Part shown: positions 1 through 6,416 of the stretch, piece by piece
Layout: each line of letters opens with the position of its first letter
Position numbering within the stretch: position 1 is the first letter of the stretch
NCBI GenBank assembly: GCA_001781995.1
Contig: MFNH01000040.1
Span: 72,741-118,715, forward strand
Length of the DNA stretch: 45,975 nt
From: Candidatus Levybacteria bacterium RBG_16_35_11
Lineage (GTDB): Bacteria > Patescibacteriota > Microgenomatia > Levybacterales > UBA12049
Direction: 5' to 3'
Program-made: the position numbers and the translations under genes
Notes under the pieces: model-generated
Told to the model about the DNA's origin: nothing
Seen by the model: only the letters and a program-made list of their open reading frames with translations
Database searches by the model: none

Positions 1-91
1 TAATGCAACACTTGGAAATCCTGCTGAGTGGATACATACGGGGCAAGGTTGGGGTTATGTTCTTTATGGAGCAACATTAATCTCTGGATAA
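1..91 (+). CDS. 3' end of a truncated CDS (hypothetical; ...NATLGNPAEWIHTGQGWGYVLYGATLISG*)
   Basis: Open frame from position 2 to TAA at 89-91, directly followed by a terminator-like hairpin. Too short to assign a function. Confidence 0.5.
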   Translation, partial: NATLGNPAEWIHTGQGWGYVLYGATLISG

Positions 92-111
92 TACATTAGC
101 CTTAGTTTTTC

Positions 112-146
112 ACAACCCATTGGGGAAGACTCGGTGGGTTGTTTTT
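112..146 (+). terminator. Rho-independent terminator-like hairpin
   Basis: ACAACCCATTGGG-gaaga-CTCGGTGGGTTGT 13-bp stem (with G-U pairs) followed by TTTT, ~20 nt after the stop at 91. Confidence 0.65.
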
Positions 147-154
147 AAAGGGTT

Positions 155-424
155 ATGAAATTAGAAAGATTGAGAAAACCAATAAGTGGTTGCTATAGAA
201 GTGATCGTGCAGCTGCTATTAAACAAGTAGCTGAAAAAATAGGAATGCCATTTAAGATATTAGCTGAAGAAGGACAAGCTGTGCCTGTGCCTGGATTTGA
301 AAAGGTGACTGTTTCAAGCGGACATACTTATATTCAATTTGGCACCGGTAAAGAGGAAAGCCTTGGTGATTTTTTGAAAAAAGTGGATAAAATATGTCCC
401 CTTCCATGGGTTAAGCCAAAATAA
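155..424 (+). CDS. hypothetical protein (89 aa)
   Basis: ATG-started ORF with protein-like composition filling the gap between the terminator and the next promoter. No recognised motif. Confidence 0.6.
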   Translation: MKLERLRKPISGCYRSDRAAAIKQVAEKIGMPFKILAEEGQAVPVPGFEKVTVSSGHTYIQFGTGKEESLGDFLKKVDKICPLPWVKPK

Positions 425-440
425 AAACCTTACCACTTAG

Positions 441-470
441 TTGACATCTTATAAAAAGAAGTGTTAGAAT
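441..470 (+). promoter_or_regulatory. sigma70-type promoter for the 511..789 ORF
   Basis: TTGACA(441-446)-18 nt-TAGAAT(465-470) with extended -10 TG. AAGGAGGT SD with GGAGG 5 nt before GTG 511. Confidence 0.6.
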
Positions 471-510
471 CCGTTTTTATATTGAGTGCTTTCATTAAAA
501 GGAGGTAAAT

Positions 511-789
511 GTGGGAGAAAAATACGCAGACAAAAATAAAGAGTGTTATGTTTGCGATAAGCGTCGGGGAATTTCTTGTAAACAGAAACCAAAAGACAAA
601 AGAGTTGAGTTTGACGGATCGCAAAAAAAATTGTCTGGGAAACCTATTGTAAAATGCCTGGATGACACCCTCAAAGATAAAGATTCCGGACTTAATGGGC
701 AAGGGCCAGTTATAGAAGAGCTCGGAGACCTAGTTGTTTTTAGGGCGCCGGAAACCAAACAAGAGGCTGAAATGATCCCTCAATCCTAA
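511..789 (+). CDS. hypothetical Cys-containing small protein (92 aa)
   Basis: Own consensus promoter and strong SD. Contains CYVC-x7-C and a fourth Cys. Confidence 0.65.
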   Translation: MGEKYADKNKECYVCDKRRGISCKQKPKDKRVEFDGSQKKLSGKPIVKCLDDTLKDKDSGLNGQGPVIEELGDLVVFRAPETKQEAEMIPQS

Positions 790-817
790 TCTTACACAAA
801 CCGTCTTTTGGTGGGTT

Positions 818-1513
818 TTAATCCTTCATTTTAAACCTTAGTCCAATTATTCCCGTATATAATTTAATTGCTGTTTTTAAATTGGTTGTGCTTTTCTTAC
901 TAAACAACCTTGATGTTTTTACCGGAAAAAAGACAATCGGAATCTTTTTTTTGTAGCTCTTTGCTAAAAATTCGGCATCCAAAAGGCTGTTATTGGTATA
1001 AAGCTTTATATCTTTCATTATTTTTTTATGAAACGCTGTAGGAAAAGCGTTTATATCCCAAACGGGAGTACCAAATAATATCCTATTTTCAATATTGTAA
1101 AGAATTGAACCCATCATTCTAAAAGAATCTTCCTCTCTCTTTATACGTTTTGCTTTAATAATTGCCTCCGGATTTTTGGATGCTCTTAAAAGAATTCTCA
1201 CAATATCATTGGGATTGGTATTTGCCGAATTTGTAAAACAAATAAATTCGCCTTTTGATTTTTTTATTCCGTAATTTATTGCCAGCCCCCATCCCGCACC
1301 CTTTATTTTATGGGCGATAAAGTGGGGATAATTTTTTATTTTTTTTAATTCTTCTTCGTAACCCTTAAGGGGACCGTTAATTGCAATAATAACTTCATAT
1401 GGATCTTTCAGTTTTTTTAATGCCTTTGAATGTTCCTTAAATATTTTTAATAAATATCCTTGCTGCTTGTAAACGGGTAAAATTACCGAAAATTTAATTT
1501 TTTTCATTGCCAA
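818..1513 (-). CDS. glycosyltransferase family 2 (DPM/polyprenol-phosphate glycosyltransferase-like)
   Basis: SVILPVYK N-terminal strand, GWGLAINYGIKKSKGEFICF, and the 'WDIN...LLDAEFL' segment of DPM-like GT2s. DxD is replaced by NSA. Confidence 0.85.
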   Translation of the reverse strand: MAMKKIKFSVILPVYKQQGYLLKIFKEHSKALKKLKDPYEVIIAINGPLKGYEEELKKIKNYPHFIAHKIKGAGWGLAINYGIKKSKGEFICFTNSANTNPNDIVRILLRASKNPEAIIKAKRIKREEDSFRMMGSILYNIENRILFGTPVWDINAFPTAFHKKIMKDIKLYTNNSLLDAEFLAKSYKKKIPIVFFPVKTSRLFSKKSTTNLKTAIKLYTGIIGLRFKMKD

Positions 1514-2505
1514 TTTACTTTCCTATTGAATTGAATTGTTTTTTTAAGCCCTTCTTTTAAGTTTATTTTTGCCCTAAACTTTAAGAACTTACTCGCTTTA
1601 CTGGGGTCTGCGAACCAATCTTTTCCATGATCCCATCTTCTTTCTCCCATTGATCCAAAAACAGGATTATCTTTTATTTTGCACACATCTCTTATAATTA
1701 ATGAAAGCGCTTTTATAGAAGTCTTTTTCCCCGTGCCTATATTAAACGCCTCTCCGTAATTTTTTTTATTGCTATTTGCCGCTCCTAAAATAAAAGCCCT
1801 TGTTATATCAAACGTATGAATAAAATCTCTTGATATGTTTGCCGAAACCAGGGGAGGGTATTTTTTTTGCCTCCCAAAGCGAATAATTGTTGGAATTAGT
1901 CTGTCTGACTCTTCTAATGGGCCATAGACGGAGTAAAGACGAAAATGAATTACAGGTAGGTTTTCATGCTTTCCATAATAGTAAAGAAGATTAGAGACAG
2001 AAGCTTTTGACACTGCATAATGACTGTTTGGTGAAAGACTTGAATGCTCTTTTGGTTTTGCTGAGTTTTCCCCGTATTCCGAACTTGATCCTGCATGAAT
2101 ATATGCTTTAAGCATATATTTTTTTAATTCCTCAATTATATTAACCGTTGATAGAAAATTGGTTTGATAAATCTTAAAAGGATTTTCTTGATTTGAATAT
2201 GCCCCATACGCTGAGAAGTTAAAAACTGTTTTCGGTTTTATTTTGGAAAAAACAAGTTTAAGTTTATTAAGATTATTTATGTCGCATTTTAATATTTTAC
2301 TTTTCGGTAGATCTAAAATCTCAAATCTTTTATTATTCTTAGGGTTTCTTGAAAGCCCAAATACATCTTTTCTTGAAAAAAGAAGAGAGGAAAGTAAGTT
2401 TGAACCAATAAATCCTCCGGCGCCAAGGACTAATATTGGACCGGGAATTTTATTTAATATTTTTTCGGTTTTTAAATCAAGTTTAAAAAAGTCTTTATAG
2501 AGCAT
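1504..2505 (-). CDS. NAD-dependent epimerase/dehydratase/reductase (extended SDR, NDP-sugar)
   Basis: GAGGFIG Rossmann motif, SSSEYG, catalytic YAVSK, RLYSVYGP, RDFIH, NIGTG. Confidence 0.9.
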   Translation of the reverse strand: MLYKDFFKLDLKTEKILNKIPGPILVLGAGGFIGSNLLSSLLFSRKDVFGLSRNPKNNKRFEILDLPKSKILKCDINNLNKLKLVFSKIKPKTVFNFSAYGAYSNQENPFKIYQTNFLSTVNIIEELKKYMLKAYIHAGSSSEYGENSAKPKEHSSLSPNSHYAVSKASVSNLLYYYGKHENLPVIHFRLYSVYGPLEESDRLIPTIIRFGRQKKYPPLVSANISRDFIHTFDITRAFILGAANSNKKNYGEAFNIGTGKKTSIKALSLIIRDVCKIKDNPVFGSMGERRWDHGKDWFADPSKASKFLKFRAKINLKEGLKKTIQFNRKVNWQ

Positions 2506-3403
2506 AAAGTTTTTTAAAGTTTCTATAAATTCCGTTTGTGTCTAATGTGTTTTGCTTAAGCATGAAAAGATGACATCCATATCTATCTTTTACATAACCT
2601 TTAGCAGAAAGATGTATAATTTTTTCCAATCTTATCTTTTCTAACTCAAGTTTTGACAAAATTTTTTCTCCAATCCCACCGTCTTTTACATGCTCCTCAA
2701 TTATTATTAATTTCTTTGTTTTTTTTACAGAGTTAATAATCGGGAGATAATTCACTATTGGAATTTCAGTTATAGACCACAAATCTATAATTCCGCTTTT
2801 TTTATATTTTCTTGCCGCGTCTAGAACATTATGAACTAAAGTGCCCAAAACTACCGCGGTAATTTTGTTGCCTCTTAGTATTTGCCTTAGGGGTTTATAC
2901 GAATTTAGTTTGATAGTGGTCTTTGGAACATTATTTAACCTTAAATATGAAGGAGATTTTGCCTTTCCCATTTTTTCTATTATACTTTTGACATCTTCTG
3001 AAAAAGCGGGAACATAAATTTTTATATTTGGAAAAGAGGAAAGAATGGCAATATCCTCAAGCATGTGATGCGACTCGCCCAATATTCCATAGCCATAACC
3101 TCCTCCATTCCCAACCAACTTAACAGTTAAATTTGGATGACAGATATTATTCCTTATCTGCTCTGCTGTTTTTAAAATTAAAAAAGGGGCAATGCTATAA
3201 ACCCAAGGGTTAAGTCCCATTTTTGCCATTCCACAAGCAACATCTACCATATTAGCTTCGGCAACACCTGCGTTTATAAATCTCTCTTTTAGTATCTGCT
3301 GTAAACTTTCAAAAGCATTGTAGCCAAGATCACCTGTTAGGAAAAACAGTTTTTTGTTTTTCTGTCCCAATTTTTCAAGCTCTCTTGCAACTTCAGATTT
3401 CAT
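2495..3403 (-). CDS. transketolase-like, C-terminal (pyrimidine-binding + C-domain) subunit
   Basis: LTGDLG, RFINAGVAEANMV, EQIRN, SHH.LED, PSYLRL, IIIEEH...GGIG. Start moved to ATG 3403, which overlaps the upstream stop. Confidence 0.9.
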   Translation of the reverse strand: MKSEVARELEKLGQKNKKLFFLTGDLGYNAFESLQQILKERFINAGVAEANMVDVACGMAKMGLNPWVYSIAPFLILKTAEQIRNNICHPNLTVKLVGNGGGYGYGILGESHHMLEDIAILSSFPNIKIYVPAFSEDVKSIIEKMGKAKSPSYLRLNNVPKTTIKLNSYKPLRQILRGNKITAVVLGTLVHNVLDAARKYKKSGIIDLWSITEIPIVNYLPIINSVKKTKKLIIIEEHVKDGGIGEKILSKLELEKIRLEKIIHLSAKGYVKDRYGCHLFMLKQNTLDTNGIYRNFKKLYAL

Positions 3404-4187
3404 TTTCTTCAATCTCCTCAAGCGCTTTTTTATACTGTTCTTTGTTTAATTGGTTATAATGCCATTCAATTTTATTTTCCATAAATGAAATTCCATATCC
3501 TTTTACCGTATTAAAAATAATTACTTTTGGTCTTTTGTTTTTAAAGACAAGGCACTTTTTAAATGCGGCTTTAATTTTTTTTCTGTCATGACCGTCAGAT
3601 TCAATTACATTGAAACCGAATACTTTCCAGCGATCTTTCTTTGTCGGATCTCCTAGAACGTTAACAATTTTATCAAATGCCTGAATATTATTTTTATCAA
3701 CCATTAAAATTAGGTTTTCCAAATTTCTTTTAGCGGCATATTGGGCCGCTTCCCATACCTGTCCTTCATTACACTCTCCATCTGAAATTAAGCAAAAAAT
3801 TCTCGGAACTTTTCTTTGTTTTTTTAGTCTCGCGTTATACTTCATTGCCTCCGCAATGCCGCAAGATATAGATAGGCCATGTCCGAGGCTCCCAGAGTGA
3901 AAGCCTAAAATATCATCAAAGCAATTTGGGGCAGGATGACCTGTTAATTTCGTGTTATCCTTTAAATAATTTTTTAAATCGGAGTCGGGGAGCCTTTTTA
4001 AGTGATTTAGAAGAACATACAAAGCAGGTGCAGCATGTCCTTTTGAGAGTATAAATCGGTCTTCTTTTTTCATTTGAAAAAGAAGTGTCTCTATTAAAAT
4101 GTCAAAACAGGATAAGCAACTTCCAATGTGAATCGAGCCGGAATCATAAAGTAAGGTAATTAACCTTCGGTATAAGTTTTTATACAT
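3393..4187 (-). CDS. transketolase-like, N-terminal ThDP-binding subunit
   Basis: HIGSCLS, DRFILSKGHA, GHP, GSLGHGL, ThDP motif SDGECNEG...DKNN, TVKGYG, WHY. Confidence 0.92.
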   Translation of the reverse strand: MYKNLYRRLITLLYDSGSIHIGSCLSCFDILIETLLFQMKKEDRFILSKGHAAPALYVLLNHLKRLPDSDLKNYLKDNTKLTGHPAPNCFDDILGFHSGSLGHGLSISCGIAEAMKYNARLKKQRKVPRIFCLISDGECNEGQVWEAAQYAAKRNLENLILMVDKNNIQAFDKIVNVLGDPTKKDRWKVFGFNVIESDGHDRKKIKAAFKKCLVFKNKRPKVIIFNTVKGYGISFMENKIEWHYNQLNKEQYKKALEEIEENEI

Positions 4188-4240
4188 TGCCTAAGGATGC
4201 AAAAAATTATATACCCCTGGGTTGTTTTTGTAAATTGGGG

Positions 4241-4350
4241 ATTATAACATGGTTAATTGACATAATTTCAATTTTTTGCTAAATTGAACTCACGAAAACC
4301 CTTATAAAAGAGCCTCTAGTTTTGAGTTATTAATTGGTTTATGTTAAAAT
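4241..4350. promoter_or_regulatory. divergent promoter region (transketolase operon / histidine kinase)
   Basis: Minus strand: extended -10 TGtTATAAT (4249-4241). Plus strand: TTGAGT(4322)-17-TAAAAT(4345) with TG extension; also TTGACA near 4257. Confidence 0.5.
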
Positions 4351-4376
4351 GAGTCCCTGCTTTTAGTTAATTTCTC

Positions 4377-6332
4377 ATGAATCTAAAAAACCCTGGGAAA
4401 AACAAACAAAGTAGTCAAAAGATAAAGTCCTCAAAAGATTCTGTTAACCTTGAATCGCTTCAAAAACAAGCAGAAAAGATTCTTTTGAAAATTAAGAAAG
4501 AAAGAGAAGAGCTGAGACAAGATTTCGGAAAAATAGAGACTTTCCTTGACAACCTAAATGAAGCCGTGGTTATTTTTGATAAAAATCGAAATATGGTTTA
4601 CGCCAATTCATTAGCCGCTCGGATGTATGGATATAAATCAAAAAAGGAATTTATGAGCGATAAAATTACCCGCATTAGATCAACTGATCTAGAAACCGGT
4701 AAGGTTATCCCTTATTCTAAGTGGCCATCGGCATTAATTTTAAAAGGGAAAGTTTTTAACAGCATGGAAATTCAAATAGAAAATAAATTGGACAAAAGAA
4801 AATGGATAGAAAGCTACAGCGGAAAATTAATCAAAAACAAAAATGGAGAAAAATTCATTATTGCAACTGTGCGAGATGTTACCTTTAAAAAAAGAGCAGA
4901 GGAAATTAAATCACTGGTCTCTTCTATAGTAGATTCGTCAAACGACGCAATAATTGGTGAGACTCTTAATGGAAAAATTACAAGCTGGAACAAGGGGGCA
5001 GAGAAACTTTTTGGTTACAAGGCAAAAGAGATAATTGGTAAAAATCATAACATCATAATCCCCAGCCAATACAGAGAATCAAAAAAAGAGATCATGGAAT
5101 ACTTAGCGGAAAAAGGAAAAACCCATGAAAGACTAAGACTAACAAAAAAAGGGAGAATTTTTACAGTATCCGTAACGGTTTCACCAATTATTATAAGGGG
5201 TAAAATTGTTGGAATTTCAAAAATTATTAGAGATATTTCTGAACAAAAACAAGCAGAGGCGGCATTGCTTCAAAGTCAACAGCGGCTTAAAAAAACACAG
5301 GAGATGGCTAATTTAGGCAGCTGGGACTTGAATCTTATTAACAACAAACTTACATGGTCAGACGAAGTATACAGAATATTTGGCCTTAAACCACAAGAAT
5401 TCGGAGCCACTTACGAAGCATTTTTAAATGCGGTTCATCCGGAAGATAGAAAAGCAGTGGATAGAGCGTATTTTGGCTCGCTGCGTCAGGGGAAGGATAG
5501 CTATGAGATTGAGCACAGGATTGTGAGACTAGATGGAGAGATTCGCACAGTGCATGAGAGATGCGAACACATTAGAGATGAATCAGGAAAGATAGTTCGC
5601 TCGATTGGCATGGTTCATGATATTACCGACCGGAAAAAAATAGACCATCTAAAGGATGAGTTCATTAGCGTTGCAAGCCATGAATTAAAAACTCCGGTAA
5701 CAAGTCTTAAGGCATTTGCAGAGATTCTTGCAGGAAGGTTAAGTTATCTAAACGATGCTCAATCTCTTGAATATGTAGAGAGAATGAAATCGCAAATAGA
5801 AAAGATAATAGAGCTTATAAATGACTTGATGGATGTAAGTAGGATTGAGTCAGGTCAACTAAAACTTAGCAAAGAAGTATTTAGACTTGATGAGATGATT
5901 ACTGAGGCAGTAAATGATATTAAAACCATATCAGTAGGAACGCATCAACTGAAAATTTTGGAAAATGCCCCGGTAAGTGTTAGGGGAGACAGATTTAGAC
6001 TATATCAGGTTATAATAAATTTTTTGGTTAATGCTACAAAATATTCACCTTACGGGTCAGCAGTTTTAATTAAAAGTAAAGTTAGAGGAAAATACGTTAA
6101 GATAAGCGTAAGGGATCGGGGATTGGGAATATCCAAAAAAAACCACGCTAAAATATTCGATAAATTTTTCCAGGTAAAAAACGGTGGATTAGGCAGGAAT
6201 AAGGGATCCGGCTTGGGTCTTTATATTTCGTCTGAAATAATAAAAAGACACAATAGTGAAATTAAAGTTACAAGTGGAGAGGGAAAAGGATCCACCTTTA
6301 GTTTTAGTTTAAGGATTGCAAAAACTAATTAA
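4377..6332 (+). CDS. cytoplasmic PAS-domain sensor histidine kinase (3 PAS/PAC + HisKA + HATPase)
   Basis: PAS motifs (SWNKGAEKLFGY, WSDEVYRIFG, VHPEDR, RDVT/RDIS/HDIT). H-box ASHELKTP, N-box NFLVNATKYS, G1 DRGLGI, F-box IFDKFFQ, G2 GSGLGLYIS. No TM helix. Confidence 0.93.
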   Translation: MNLKNPGKNKQSSQKIKSSKDSVNLESLQKQAEKILLKIKKEREELRQDFGKIETFLDNLNEAVVIFDKNRNMVYANSLAARMYGYKSKKEFMSDKITRIRSTDLETGKVIPYSKWPSALILKGKVFNSMEIQIENKLDKRKWIESYSGKLIKNKNGEKFIIATVRDVTFKKRAEEIKSLVSSIVDSSNDAIIGETLNGKITSWNKGAEKLFGYKAKEIIGKNHNIIIPSQYRESKKEIMEYLAEKGKTHERLRLTKKGRIFTVSVTVSPIIIRGKIVGISKIIRDISEQKQAEAALLQSQQRLKKTQEMANLGSWDLNLINNKLTWSDEVYRIFGLKPQEFGATYEAFLNAVHPEDRKAVDRAYFGSLRQGKDSYEIEHRIVRLDGEIRTVHERCEHIRDESGKIVRSIGMVHDITDRKKIDHLKDEFISVASHELKTPVTSLKAFAEILAGRLSYLNDAQSLEYVERMKSQIEKIIELINDLMDVSRIESGQLKLSKEVFRLDEMITEAVNDIKTISVGTHQLKILENAPVSVRGDRFRLYQVIINFLVNATKYSPYGSAVLIKSKVRGKYVKISVRDRGLGISKKNHAKIFDKFFQVKNGGLGRNKGSGLGLYISSEIIKRHNSEIKVTSGEGKGSTFSFSLRIAKTN

Positions 6333-6348
6333 ACTCTTCTTAGTCTAC

Positions 6349-6406
6349 TTGAAGTAGGTTCCTATTTAAGCTAGAATTATTTTATATTATCCCGTAAAAC
6401 TACGGG
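6349..6406 (+). promoter_or_regulatory. ileS promoter and 5' UTR hairpin
   Basis: TTGAAG(6349)-17-TAGAAT(6372). Perfect 6-bp hairpin CCCGTA-aaac-TACGGG at 6391-6406, 10 nt before the ATG. Confidence 0.5.
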
Positions 6407-6416
6407 TATTATTTAT

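Noticed and set aside
430-758. Minus-strand ORFs 430..702 and 546..758
   Set aside because: Antisense to the 511..789 ORF, which has the promoter and SD.
795-818. Terminator between the convergent 511..789 and GT2 genes
   Set aside because: Only a weak, mismatched stem (AAACC...GGTTT); not convincing.
6333-6416. T-box riboswitch upstream of ileS
   Set aside because: The spacer is only 84 nt and lacks the T-box consensus.
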